Shown here: piece after piece, positions 52,932-62,440 of the stretch
How positions within the stretch are numbered: the stretch's first letter is position 1
Layout of the letters: each line of letters starts with the position of its first letter
Assembly (NCBI GenBank): GCA_963744145.1
Contig: CAVUSO010000001.1
Coordinates: 3,904,001-3,968,000, forward strand
DNA length: 64,000 bases
DNA from: an uncultured cyanobacterium
GTDB taxonomy: Bacteria; Cyanobacteriota; Cyanobacteriia; Cyanobacteriales; CAWUOF01
Direction: 5' to 3'
Position numbers and translations under genes: made by a program
Notes under the pieces: generated by a model
What the model was told of the DNA's origin: nothing
Database searches by the model: none
Seen by the model: the letters and a program-made list of their open reading frames with translations, nothing else

Positions 52932-53866
52932 AATTCACCCCCAGAACGCTTTGGTTTACCATAGCGATTATAATCATCCCAACTTTTCAACAACACGCCG
53001 GGATACAAAAGTTTTTTCCTTAAATCATCAAGCACCTGATCTTCAGGATATTGGAGAAGTATCCGCAACCAATCCCTTAATTCACTGGTACTAACTTTTT
53101 TACCAGATTCTCCCTTATCTTTACGCATCTCTTCCCGTAACTGTAAAAACCTATCAATGATTTCGGTCACTGTTTCCGGTGAATCGGGAAAATGAGCTTT
53201 GACAATTTCAATTAATTTCGAGCGTTGGGGAAACTCAACATAGTGAAATAAGCACCGCCGCAAGAAAGCATCGGGCAAATCTTTCTCATCATTGCTAGTA
53301 ATAAAAACTATCGGTGCTGCCTTAGCTTGAATTTTATCTCCCGTCTCCTCAATCGTAAATCGTTGTTCGTCAAGTTCCAAGAGCAAATCATTAGGAAAAT
53401 CAATATCAGCCTTGTCGATTTCATCAATCAGCAGCACTGTCCTTTGTTCGTTCAGAAAAGCTTGCCCCAAGGGTCCCCATTTAATATAAGTTTCATCTTT
53501 GTCAATTTTCTGAATTTTCTCCTCATTAAGACGACCAGCAGCCGCTAATTGAGCATCCCGCAAACGCCCGACAACATCATAAGTATAAAGTCCATCTTTT
53601 GCCCTGGTTGTAGACTTAATATTCCAAGGTTCATAAGGCAGTCCCAACTCATAAGCAACAGCACGAGCTAACTTAGTTTTGCCACACCCTGGTTCTCCTT
53701 TAATTAGCAGGGGACGTTCTAATTGAATTGCTAAGTTAACAGCTTCAATTAAATCATCTTCAGGGAGATAAGGATAAAGCAGTTGACCGTTTTCATCCCG
53801 TTCTCTTGGTTGGGGTTGTACCTTACCCGTGTATTTCAATCCTTCTCTGTTTAGTATTTCAGCCAT
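52928..53866 (-). CDS. MoxR-family AAA+ ATPase
   Basis: GEPGCGKT, LLIDEIDKAD and ITSNDEKDLPDAFLRRC motifs. Confidence 0.93.
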   Translation of the reverse strand: MAEILNREGLKYTGKVQPQPRERDENGQLLYPYLPEDDLIEAVNLAIQLERPLLIKGEPGCGKTKLARAVAYELGLPYEPWNIKSTTRAKDGLYTYDVVGRLRDAQLAAAGRLNEEKIQKIDKDETYIKWGPLGQAFLNEQRTVLLIDEIDKADIDFPNDLLLELDEQRFTIEETGDKIQAKAAPIVFITSNDEKDLPDAFLRRCLFHYVEFPQRSKLIEIVKAHFPDSPETVTEIIDRFLQLREEMRKDKGESGKKVSTSELRDWLRILLQYPEDQVLDDLRKKLLYPGVLLKSWDDYNRYGKPKRSGGEL

Positions 53867-55743
53867 TGTTCCTCCCGATCATACCAATCACAATCACATT
53901 CAGCACAAATTTTGATAAGTGCTTTTTCTGGTAAAAGTGTTTCACCGTTTGTGAAAATTTTTTGAACTGTTTCCTCCCTCTGATTAGTAAACTTAAGCGG
54001 TAAGTTATCACCAAACGATTTAGCCCAATTAATTAAATCACTTGGTTCTATAGGATCAATTTTGGGAAGCTTAATGGGTATGTGTGGTTCCCAATCAGGG
54101 TTTACCTCCATAGCGAAAACAATATTACACTTCTCCACAGCAGAACCATCATGGTCAATTAAAAACATTAACAAGCGGTACTCAGATTGAGAAATGCGAT
54201 CGCGCACTCCTTGCATCAAAGGCAACCAAAGTTCGACCAGCAATTTATCCAGATATTCATCCAGCAATTGCTCTTTGATACAATTGAGTTTATCAAATAT
54301 TAAAATGACGGTTTGAGTTTGACACCATTGAGAAACTTTATCTATGATTTCTGTCTGTGAAGGGTCATTAATTAAACCAACGCGACCACCTAGTTCTTGC
54401 CAGCAACCTTTTATATCGGTAGGGCGAGTTTTTCGACTGAAATCGACTACAATTTTCTTAACATTTTTATAATTCTCTTTGATAATTTTTATCAGCCGCG
54501 TCGTCAACCATTGTTGACCGCTGTTCTCTTCCCCATGAATCAAATAAGCACTAATGGGGTACTGTTCAAAAAATGTTCGGAACAATCCAACTTGATCAGT
54601 ATAATTTAACCCCTGTAAAGCTTGGTGAAGTTTATCGTGAGATTGTTGAGGGATAGGTGAAGGTGATTCAGTAGTGGGTAGCATTTTTTGTTCTGGTGGA
54701 ATGCTCCGTAACTCTTCCCAAGTGGGGGGTATAATAGCAGGATTTTGGTAGATAACAGGCAACCATTTGGCACAAGGAAACTCTCTACCTAGTTCTTCTT
54801 GCAGTTTGTTTTTAGCTTCTTTGACTGCTAAATATAAAGTTTGACCGTTATGGGAAAAAGCTGTTAAAAAATGTTTCAAAAACTCTTGAGCTAATTTATC
54901 TGCGATCGGTTGACGCATTACGATCGCTTGTGGAAGATTTAAAGCTGCTAAACTCCTACCTAATCCTAAGCCATCACAAGAATTGAAAATTGCTAACTTC
55001 AGTCCTCGCTCAATAGCATTTCTGAGTCCTTCCTGTAACTCTTCCAGGCTTAAAAATTCATGTTCGTTTATGTAAATACGTCCGGTTCCTTGCTCAGTTC
55101 TACTATGTCCCGCAAAAAAAAGAATATCCCAATTTTGCTGCCAAATCTGAGCACTAATTTCTGAACGAGGGCGTTGACATAAAATTTTAGGTTCTTCTAC
55201 ATTAGGGAGTTGCTTAATTAATACTATGTCTGGTTCGAGATTAATCCCTGTACTATCGCCGATAATGGCTAAAATCCTAATTTTGTCATTCAGAACACTT
55301 TTGATAAATCCATATTCTGGTAAACTTAAAGCCATTTCTGTTTGTGGGTAAATTTCAAAAAAATCCCAAAACTGCCAAGGTATCCGTTCCAGATCCCTCA
55401 ATTCAGTCTGAAAAATTACGCGGATTTTATCTTGGTGAGTACAGGAGGATAACAGTCTGTTCCAATCTGAACAAAAGGGTTCTGATTTCAACCAATCATT
55501 AAGAGTGTTCTTGAAAGCTTCAGAGACTTTATTCCAAGACATTGAGGGGACTGGAAAGCATTTATCCAGCCATTTGCTATAATCGCGAACAATCTCTGGT
55601 TTTTGTGGCAGCCTAGTACGCAGTTCCCTTCGTTCCCTTTGATAAGACTTATTATCATCTTCTATCCGCAATATTATGCTGTCAAAACCTATATTGAGGT
55701 TTCCCGCTCCAAAATTGATAACAATTAACTTTCCTATGCCCAT
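53851..55743 (-). CDS. CHAT protease fused to an inactive STAND (iSTAND-like) domain
   Basis: FFAGHS and FNSCDG dyad; C-terminal LNYTDQ...LIHGEENSGQQWL (degenerate Walker A) and VILIFD; first gene of the MoxR-vWA operon. Confidence 0.78.
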   Translation of the reverse strand: MGIGKLIVINFGAGNLNIGFDSIILRIEDDNKSYQRERRELRTRLPQKPEIVRDYSKWLDKCFPVPSMSWNKVSEAFKNTLNDWLKSEPFCSDWNRLLSSCTHQDKIRVIFQTELRDLERIPWQFWDFFEIYPQTEMALSLPEYGFIKSVLNDKIRILAIIGDSTGINLEPDIVLIKQLPNVEEPKILCQRPRSEISAQIWQQNWDILFFAGHSRTEQGTGRIYINEHEFLSLEELQEGLRNAIERGLKLAIFNSCDGLGLGRSLAALNLPQAIVMRQPIADKLAQEFLKHFLTAFSHNGQTLYLAVKEAKNKLQEELGREFPCAKWLPVIYQNPAIIPPTWEELRSIPPEQKMLPTTESPSPIPQQSHDKLHQALQGLNYTDQVGLFRTFFEQYPISAYLIHGEENSGQQWLTTRLIKIIKENYKNVKKIVVDFSRKTRPTDIKGCWQELGGRVGLINDPSQTEIIDKVSQWCQTQTVILIFDKLNCIKEQLLDEYLDKLLVELWLPLMQGVRDRISQSEYRLLMFLIDHDGSAVEKCNIVFAMEVNPDWEPHIPIKLPKIDPIEPSDLINWAKSFGDNLPLKFTNQREETVQKIFTNGETLLPEKALIKICAECDCDWYDREEQWLKY

Positions 55744-55872
55744 ATTTTGTTAAAGACGGTTCTGTTCAAGAGCGATCGCCCTTTTTACCCCATATTCCGA
55801 GAATTTCCTTCCCACCTCTACCATACTATATAATTGCAGCAGAAAGCCTTGGAGGAAAAATCAATTTCTACC

Positions 55873-57329
55873 CAGGGTTAGCGCATCTAATTTTGTCACC
55901 GAGGATACAGAATATTTTCATCAAATATGAAATATAGCCATCGAGATCAGAACATCACAAATCTGGTAGAGAAAATAGTTGACAAAAGAGCATAGAGAGT
56001 GGTAGGTGAAAAACTATACCGTCCAACTCATAATCTCCAGGAATATTCAAATGTCTCAAGGGTTCGATATCAATATAGCTAATGCTAAACAAAACTCCCA
56101 TTCTGCTAGGAAAAACCAAGTAGTAGCTGACTTGATGGAAATACAACAGAGTTTAGTCAAGCATTTTGAAGATGTTGAAGACCCGAGAGTAAACCGAACA
56201 AAAAAACACTTATTGATAGACATTTTAGTGATGGCAATTCTGGCCATAATAGCTGGAGCACAAGGCTGGGAAGACATTGAGAATTATGGGATTAGTAAAC
56301 AAATTTGGCTAGAAGAGTTTTTAGAATTACCCAATGGTATTCCCTCAGATGATACCTTTCGTCGAGTATTTGAAAGTATTAACCCCAACCAATTGGAGCA
56401 ATGTTTTCAAGCTTGGGTAAACACCTTAGTTACTCAAATGGGAGGAGAAGTAATTGCCATAGATGGGAAGACTGTCAGAGGTTCCTATGACCGAAATCAA
56501 GGACAATCAGCATTACATTTGATTAGTGCGTGGGCTAGTGAACAACGATTAGTTTTAGCACAAATGAAAGTCCAAGATAAATCCAATGAAATTACAGCTA
56601 TTCCAGCATTACTAGAGTTACTTGATATCGCTGGCTCAATTATTACTATTGATGCGATGGGGACCCAAACCGAAATTGCTCAAAAGATTATTGATAAAAA
56701 AGCTGATTATATTCTGACACTTAAAGCCAATCATCCAACTTTACATAATCAGGTACAACAATTCTTCCAAACTGCACAGAAAAATAATTTTTCAGGAATT
56801 GATTTCACTCATGACAAACGGATTGAGAAAGGGCATCATCGGGTGGAAATTCGTGAAGTTTGGGTGCTCCCTATTACGGCCATTCCTGACCTTTACCAAC
56901 CCAAATTATGGGCAGGTTTAAAAAGTATTGTCATCATTCATCGTATCCGTCATCTTTGGAACAAAACTACTTGCGAGACTCAATACTATCTTACTTCTTT
57001 AGACAACAATGCTGAATTCATAGGTCGAGCTATTCGTCAACATTGGGAAATCGAAAATTCTGCACACTGGACTTTAGATTGTACTTTTTTTGAAGATAGC
57101 TGTCGCATTCGTTCTTTTCACAGTCCTCGTAACTTTTCTCTGCTCAGACGATTAGCTCTCAACGCTCTTAATCGCGAGTCAACTTACAAACGCAGTTTAC
57201 GCCAGAAAAGTAAACGCGCTGCTATGGATAATAATTATATGCTCCAAATCCTCCTTTCTTGTTTCTCTGAGTCTACATTAGATCCTTCTTAATCCTTGTG
57301 TCAAGCCTAATTGAGATGCTCTTACCCTG
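55873..57329 (+). mobile_element. ISAs1-family insertion sequence, complete
   Basis: Termini CAGGGT... and ...ACCCTG; 10-bp target duplication AATTTCTACC at 55863-55872 and 57330-57339. Confidence 0.93.
56006..57292 (+). CDS. ISAs1-family transposase
   Basis: DPR..KH.L, IAIDGKT.RGS, KSNEITAIP, TIDAMGTQ and HWEIENSAHW motifs. Confidence 0.95.
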   Translation: MKNYTVQLIISRNIQMSQGFDINIANAKQNSHSARKNQVVADLMEIQQSLVKHFEDVEDPRVNRTKKHLLIDILVMAILAIIAGAQGWEDIENYGISKQIWLEEFLELPNGIPSDDTFRRVFESINPNQLEQCFQAWVNTLVTQMGGEVIAIDGKTVRGSYDRNQGQSALHLISAWASEQRLVLAQMKVQDKSNEITAIPALLELLDIAGSIITIDAMGTQTEIAQKIIDKKADYILTLKANHPTLHNQVQQFFQTAQKNNFSGIDFTHDKRIEKGHHRVEIREVWVLPITAIPDLYQPKLWAGLKSIVIIHRIRHLWNKTTCETQYYLTSLDNNAEFIGRAIRQHWEIENSAHWTLDCTFFEDSCRIRSFHSPRNFSLLRRLALNALNRESTYKRSLRQKSKRAAMDNNYMLQILLSCFSESTLDPS

Positions 57330-57365
57330 AATTTCTACCCACTTGAAAATTAGGAATATTCACCG

Positions 57366-57465
57366 ATGCAACTGGAAGACTATTTTGATTTTCAACGACC
57401 CGATGATATTGGTGACTAATAACCGTAAATCTATGCCGGTCCACTTGATAGATCATATTAACGAA
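57366..57465 (+). pseudogene. Collapsed DUF433/DUF5615 operon remnant
   Basis: ATG CAA CTG GAA GAC TAT (MQLEDYFDFQRPDDI, cf. 49266) joined directly to LVTNNRKSMPVHLIDHI (cf. DUF5615). Confidence 0.7.
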
Positions 57466-57605
57466 TTACTGAAATTAGCCCCTCGGATATCTGCGTGGGA
57501 GAAGTTTGCACCTGTGAGGTCTTTACCTTTAAAATTGCGACCTTGGAGATTTTGATCAGAGAAGTCTTGACCTTGGAGATTTTGATCAGAGAAGTCTTGA
57601 GGCAT
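57453..57605 (-). pseudogene. N-terminal fragment of a pentapeptide-repeat protein with a 30-bp tandem duplication
   Basis: MPQDFSDQNLQGQDFSDQNLQGRNFKGKDLTGANFSHADIRGANFSNSLI*; repeat units 57541-57570 and 57571-57600. Confidence 0.7.
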
Positions 57606-57650
57606 ATTTAGTTACCAATTGGTATGTAATATAAGCAGTTCGCACAGTTA

Positions 57651-58016
57651 TTAAGAATCATCTCGATCGCACTCGGCTAAAATGCTAAAAACCTGATTAG
57701 GACTAATATCTTCTCGGTCTGATTTAGAGTAAATAGTGAGGAGAAGTACGCTAATTGGTGATTCAACTTGATAGATAAGTCGATAACCAGCACTTTTCCC
57801 TTTTTGGATATCGCTATTTTTAACTCTCACCTTAAAGATGACATAATTTTCACCCATCCCGGCAAGGCGATCGCCTATAAAGTTCCCACCTTGTAATTGC
57901 TCAATAATTGACTGAGTATCTAACCGGATATTGCGATATTTTTTGGATAATTCCCGTAAATTCCGTTTATACTCAGGTGTTAAATCAATCTGGACAAAAG
58001 GCGTGTCATTCGATAT
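57651..58016 (-). CDS. RelE/ParE (HigB-like) toxin; the expected start codon reads ATA
   Basis: The frame extends upstream of the tracked ORF (SNDTPFVQIDLTPEYKRNLRELSKKYR...) to ATA at 58016, preceded by TAG; KVRVKNSD..KGKSAGYRLIY motif. Confidence 0.75.
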   Translation of the reverse strand: MSNDTPFVQIDLTPEYKRNLRELSKKYRNIRLDTQSIIEQLQGGNFIGDRLAGMGENYVIFKVRVKNSDIQKGKSAGYRLIYQVESPISVLLLTIYSKSDREDISPNQVFSILAECDRDDS

Positions 58017-58260
58017 CTATTCCCTCCCACATTTCCGCAAGAGGGATGCGTTGTCCTGATTTAGCTTGCTTTAATGCTCGTCGGAGACTCGCTTTTACTT
58101 CTTCAATGGGAGTATCATCAGGATCGGTTTCAACTTCCTCAGTTACTTCGGGAAAAAGTACGATCACTCGCACTCGACTAGAGGGGAATTTTTCAATGGG
58201 ATAGTCGAGGGACAATTGACCTTTTTCATCCAGGGTTCCTGTGACTTCAACGGCTTTCAT
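58006..58260 (-). CDS. Putative antitoxin of the RelE pair
   Basis: MKAVEVTGTLDEKGQL...SLRRALKQAKSGQRIPLAEMWEG; overlaps the toxin start. Confidence 0.75.
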   Translation of the reverse strand: MKAVEVTGTLDEKGQLSLDYPIEKFPSSRVRVIVLFPEVTEEVETDPDDTPIEEVKASLRRALKQAKSGQRIPLAEMWEGIDIE

Positions 58261-58280
58261 CTAGTTGTCCTCAAATTTGC

Positions 58281-58349
58281 ATCTATTATTATATTACATT
58301 CAAAGTTATTGAAATCTATTATTATATTACATTCAAAGTTATTGAAATC
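58281..58349. repeat. 33-bp tandem duplication in the TA promoter region
   Basis: atctattattatattacattcaaagttattgaa at 58281 and 58314. Confidence 0.85.
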
Positions 58350-59550
58350 ATTTCCTAAGTTGAGAGCCGCAGGCTTCACAAAACATAACACCTGCCACAT
58401 TTTCATGGCTGCAACTACTACAAATTATCATTCTTGAAGAAGATGGCGCAACCGCCGATTTTAGTCCACACAACTCCCGCCAACTCACCGGCTCCTCAGC
58501 AGGATTCTGACAAATAACCGGCAACCAAGTCGCACAAGGAAATTCACGCTGCACGCTTTCCAATCTTTCTCGCGCTTCCCGCACCGCCAAATACAAAGAT
58601 TCACCGCGAGCAAACGCCTCAAGAAAATACTTCAAAAACTCTTGAGCCACCATATCCGGCACCGGCTCTCGCATCACAATAACTTGCGGCATATTCAAAT
58701 CAGCTAACTGCTTGGCAATTCCCAACCCATCACAAGAGTTAAAAATTGCCAACTTTAACCCTCTCGCTATTGCCCTTCTCAGAGTTAACTTTAAATCCCC
58801 AATTTCTAAACTTTTACCATTTTTAATAAAAAGCTTTCCCATAGTAGCATCAGGTTCACTAATACTGTGACCAGCAAAAAACAAAATATCCCATCCCTGC
58901 GAATCCCAAATCACCTCAAAAACCTTTTCTTTTTCCGGTTCCCTAACAAAAACAATTTCTGCCTCTGGTAACTTTTCTTCTAATTCACGCTGATCCCTCT
59001 CTGAATTAATTCCCGTACTGTCACCAATAATCGCCAAAATCCTCACCTTTTTTCTATTTTTCAGTGAGTTTGATTGCTGACAGACAGGAGAACTCAAAGC
59101 TACTTCTGCATTTAGGTAATGATTAAAAAACTCCCACAAATGCCAAGGTAAGCGCCGCAAGTGGGAGTCTTCAGTTTGAACGATTACGCGCACTTCTTCA
59201 TTTTGCCTAACGTTCATTAGTAAACCCTGCATGACAGGGAAAAAATCAGGTGATTTAAGCCAATCATTAAGCTGCTGTTTTAAAGCATCACTGTCTACTT
59301 CTAAATCGCGACTAGAAAAATTTTGTACCCCTGATATCTTTTCCAATTCTCGAAACCTCGACCCCATTAGACGATATCTGGATTGCCAAGTAGTATATAG
59401 CTGTGGAATGTGCGGTGCAGGTGGCAATTTGCCAATAAATGCTCCTAACAAATACTGATTATCTTCCTTAATTTCCAGCCTGACTTGCTGAAAACCCTGC
59501 TGGCAATTACCAGTGATGAAACTCAATACAGCTATCTTACCCATTGGCAT
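58348..59550 (-). CDS. CHAT protease with a C-terminal zinc ribbon
   Basis: FFAGHS and FNSCDG dyad; CSSC...FCEACG. Confidence 0.87.
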   Translation of the reverse strand: MPMGKIAVLSFITGNCQQGFQQVRLEIKEDNQYLLGAFIGKLPPAPHIPQLYTTWQSRYRLMGSRFRELEKISGVQNFSSRDLEVDSDALKQQLNDWLKSPDFFPVMQGLLMNVRQNEEVRVIVQTEDSHLRRLPWHLWEFFNHYLNAEVALSSPVCQQSNSLKNRKKVRILAIIGDSTGINSERDQRELEEKLPEAEIVFVREPEKEKVFEVIWDSQGWDILFFAGHSISEPDATMGKLFIKNGKSLEIGDLKLTLRRAIARGLKLAIFNSCDGLGIAKQLADLNMPQVIVMREPVPDMVAQEFLKYFLEAFARGESLYLAVREARERLESVQREFPCATWLPVICQNPAEEPVSWRELCGLKSAVAPSSSRMIICSSCSHENVAGVMFCEACGSQLRK

Positions 59551-59573
59551 TCCCTATAAATTTTGAGTTGAAA

Positions 59574-60935
59574 TTAGATCGCAAAATCCTCAGTAATATT
59601 GACATCCTCCAACACTACTTTAACACTAAAATGTTCTCCCGCTTCCCCTCTAAACTCCAATTGAATCCAATTATCCGCACTTCGAGATTGCGATTCTAAA
59701 AACACTTCTCCAGATTCACCAAGGATAATCAATTGCGCTCCCTGTGGTAAATAAGTTTGTTCTTCCTTACTCGGATACAATCTGACAAGTATATCCCGTC
59801 TTCCATCACTTTCTAGCTGACAATTGATAATTAGCGCAACAGGATGATCTGGCAAGGCGATTTCTCTCACCCTACTCACACTTAAATTAGGTGTTTCAGT
59901 GTCAGCACTGCGGGAACGGGGGGCGCCGGCAAATCTAAAAATTAGATTCCCTTCTTGATTACTTAAAAATGATTCAAGAGGCTGCCAATTGTATTGAGAA
60001 CCTTCAAGATTTTGCAACCATTCACTTAGATTGATTACCCCGGCTGTAGATTGGGATATCGGAGCGATCGCAGGTTGTTTAAGTTGCGGTATTGGTGAAC
60101 TACTTTCATTAGTTAAAGACTCGGAATCAACCGATTTATCTGCGTCATCATCTCCCCATATCTCATCTAACTTTTCTAGCAATTCTTCAGCTAAATTTTG
60201 GAGTTCAGTTTGTTGTAAATCATCAAACTCTTCTCGATTCATAACAGTTGTGCCACCTCGGAAAGCAACATCTTTTACTTTTGGCAAATAACTAGCTAAA
60301 AACTCCCCGCCAGCATAGCGTCGCTCGTATTTGTTATAGGTGCGATAGATGCGTTCTAGTTGAGCAGCAATCTCTAAAATTGATTGGTCTGCTAATCTTT
60401 CCCTAACCTTAATTGCTACCTCTTCATCGCTTTGTAAAAAATCATGTGCTGATTCCAAGCGATCGATATAATCAATCAATGTTTCTATCGGTTGAAGACT
60501 GGCAATTTCTATTTCGTCCGGCGGTGCTTGTGGGTCTATTGTTGGATGAAATCCTAACAGTTGCACCTCATTCAAATGTTCTTGGAATTGTACCCCAATA
60601 TAGGCAATTCTATCCTCAGTTACCTTTGGAGGTAGAGAAATAACTGTTTGTCCAGATAAAACCGGACGACATTCGAGTTTACCTAAATTGGGAATTACTA
60701 AATCCGCTACGTCTTGGAAACATCGGACAACAGAATGCCAACTGTCCCCTGCGTTTAAATTAGTTTCAATTCCTAGCCAGTCTAAAAAACTGCGAACGCC
60801 TAAAATAGCCAGAGTGTTTAAGTAAACTTGCTTACCTTTTTCAACTGTATCTTGTTGCACAGAGAATTTCCGCGCAGTTTCATGGTTTTCTCTGCTTAAA
60901 GGCATCGTCAAAAAGTTGGTTTTTGTGGTATCCAT
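59574..60935 (-). CDS. DUF1822 family protein
   Basis: KGKQVYLNTLA, ADLVIPNLGKLECRPV and DRIAYIGV N-terminal motifs; INLSEWL and YLPQGAQL...DNWIQLEFRGEAGE C-terminal motifs. Confidence 0.87.
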   Translation of the reverse strand: MDTTKTNFLTMPLSRENHETARKFSVQQDTVEKGKQVYLNTLAILGVRSFLDWLGIETNLNAGDSWHSVVRCFQDVADLVIPNLGKLECRPVLSGQTVISLPPKVTEDRIAYIGVQFQEHLNEVQLLGFHPTIDPQAPPDEIEIASLQPIETLIDYIDRLESAHDFLQSDEEVAIKVRERLADQSILEIAAQLERIYRTYNKYERRYAGGEFLASYLPKVKDVAFRGGTTVMNREEFDDLQQTELQNLAEELLEKLDEIWGDDDADKSVDSESLTNESSSPIPQLKQPAIAPISQSTAGVINLSEWLQNLEGSQYNWQPLESFLSNQEGNLIFRFAGAPRSRSADTETPNLSVSRVREIALPDHPVALIINCQLESDGRRDILVRLYPSKEEQTYLPQGAQLIILGESGEVFLESQSRSADNWIQLEFRGEAGEHFSVKVVLEDVNITEDFAI

Positions 60936-60947
60936 AAGATTCTCCTT

Positions 60948-61661
60948 TTATTTCTCGTATCCTAATTCTCTAGCAATTGTTCTAAGTAAAGGAAGACAGT
61001 AGTTTCGCCAGCGATCGTACAATGTTTGTTCGGAAATAACTGTTTCGGCAGTGGTTAACTCTCTGGCAATTTGTCTGGGGTTAAGAGGAGGTTCTTTAAG
61101 CAGTATTTTTTGACTTAAAATTTGGCAATTAAGATGGGAATTATTACGCGGGTGACAATTTCTCAATCTAATTTCTGGATCTTCTTCAATATAGCGCCTC
61201 ATTGTCCTAGCAAGTAAATGAAGTTCTTCTATCAAAAGACACTCAATGCCAGTGATAGTTAAATCATCTGCTATCGTTTCTTCGATTGTTAAGCCGTCTT
61301 CTCCTCTATTTATACTAACAGTTCTAGGTTGCCTGTCTCGCCGACGTTTCACATCTTTGCAATCGCACTTAAGAATCATATTTACCCACTTAATAAAGCA
61401 TTCCCGGACATTAGCAGCCTCAGAAGAGTTTTGACAGTTAACGCTTTCCAAGTTCAAAGAATACCTTTGAGGAAACTCATTAATATTTTGCTGAATGTCC
61501 CTCATTGTCACTGGGAGCGCTTCATCATAATAGGGTAGCCAACCGTTACCGAGATAATTCTTGATTTTTGGCAAATGATCGATCGCGTATGCTAGTACCT
61601 CTGCCTTGTTAGGATCATGCAAGGCTTCTTGAATTAATTTACATAACGACGCATCATTCAT
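60948..61661 (-). CDS. Divergent sigma-70-like factor
   Basis: FIKWVNMIL region-2-like segment, YIEEDPE..LRNCH, IARELT HTH, WRNYCLPLLR; upstream of DUF1822, the usual arrangement for this family. Confidence 0.65.
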   Translation of the reverse strand: MNDASLCKLIQEALHDPNKAEVLAYAIDHLPKIKNYLGNGWLPYYDEALPVTMRDIQQNINEFPQRYSLNLESVNCQNSSEAANVRECFIKWVNMILKCDCKDVKRRRDRQPRTVSINRGEDGLTIEETIADDLTITGIECLLIEELHLLARTMRRYIEEDPEIRLRNCHPRNNSHLNCQILSQKILLKEPPLNPRQIARELTTAETVISEQTLYDRWRNYCLPLLRTIARELGYEK

Positions 61662-62056
61662 AGGAGCGTGAATCAAAGCAAAAAAGAGGGATACTCTGGA
61701 TTTTATACCCAAAAGCACCATCCACCTCATCCATCCCCTATTCTCTTAAGCTGCATCGCCCAAGTTCCAGAATCCTCGGGAGCATTCCAGTTTGGAACTA
61801 AGCAGAAATACTCAAGCAGGATGAATTGTTAAGATAAGCACAACGAAGTCGGAGCATCCGAGGGACATTTTGCCGTTTCCACATGGTACCACTAATCTTG
61901 ACCCTGGCAATGGCCTGGGAAATATCCCGATTTTTGATCACCTCCACTGTTTTCCTCCGGACTACCATTTTTTGGGTGCGATCGCTACTCGCTTTGATGA
62001 TATGATGACGGAATGGTAATCAACACTACCTGGTTAAGCATTTTCGTGGCTATGAT

Positions 62057-62123
62057 ATGTCAGCTAAAGATATCTTTCATTTTTGATGCTATTCAAGAGG
62101 AAATACTTTTATGGAAAGAGTAG
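62057..62123 (+). pseudogene. XisH-family remnant (only the two ends remain)
   Basis: MSAKDIFH start joined to FDAIQEEILLWKE*, overlapping the XisI start. Confidence 0.7.
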
Positions 62124-62440
62124 AATACAGAGAATTAGTCCAAACAATTCTGTCTCAACACTCAAGAAATGACTTGGATACTGAGACAGAAGTACAATTA
62201 CTTTTTGATACGGAAAGGGAGCATTATCAAGTAGTTCATTTAGGCTGGGAGGGTCAAAAAAGGGTTTATGGTTGCGTGATTCACGTCGATATAAAAAATG
62301 GTAAAATCTGGATTCAGAGGGATAGAACGGAAGCAGGAATAGGGAATGAATTAGTAGCCGCCGGAGTTCCTAAAGAGGATATTGTTTTAGCTTTTAAAGC
62401 TCCTTATGTGCGTCAATTCACTGAATTTGCAGTGGGGTAA
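62111..62440 (+). CDS. XisI family protein
   Basis: FDTEREHYQ, IHVDIKNGKIWIQRD.TE.G and LVAAGVPKEDIVLAF motifs. Confidence 0.9.
   Translation: MERVEYRELVQTILSQHSRNDLDTETEVQLLFDTEREHYQVVHLGWEGQKRVYGCVIHVDIKNGKIWIQRDRTEAGIGNELVAAGVPKEDIVLAFKAPYVRQFTEFAVG

Noticed and set aside
57541..58349. 30-bp and 33-bp repeats as a CRISPR array
   Set aside because: Each has two head-to-tail copies without spacers, and there are no cas genes in the window.
62057..62440. fdxN excision element
   Set aside because: No XisF-type recombinase or fdxN nearby; xisHI-like pairs are widely dispersed in cyanobacteria.
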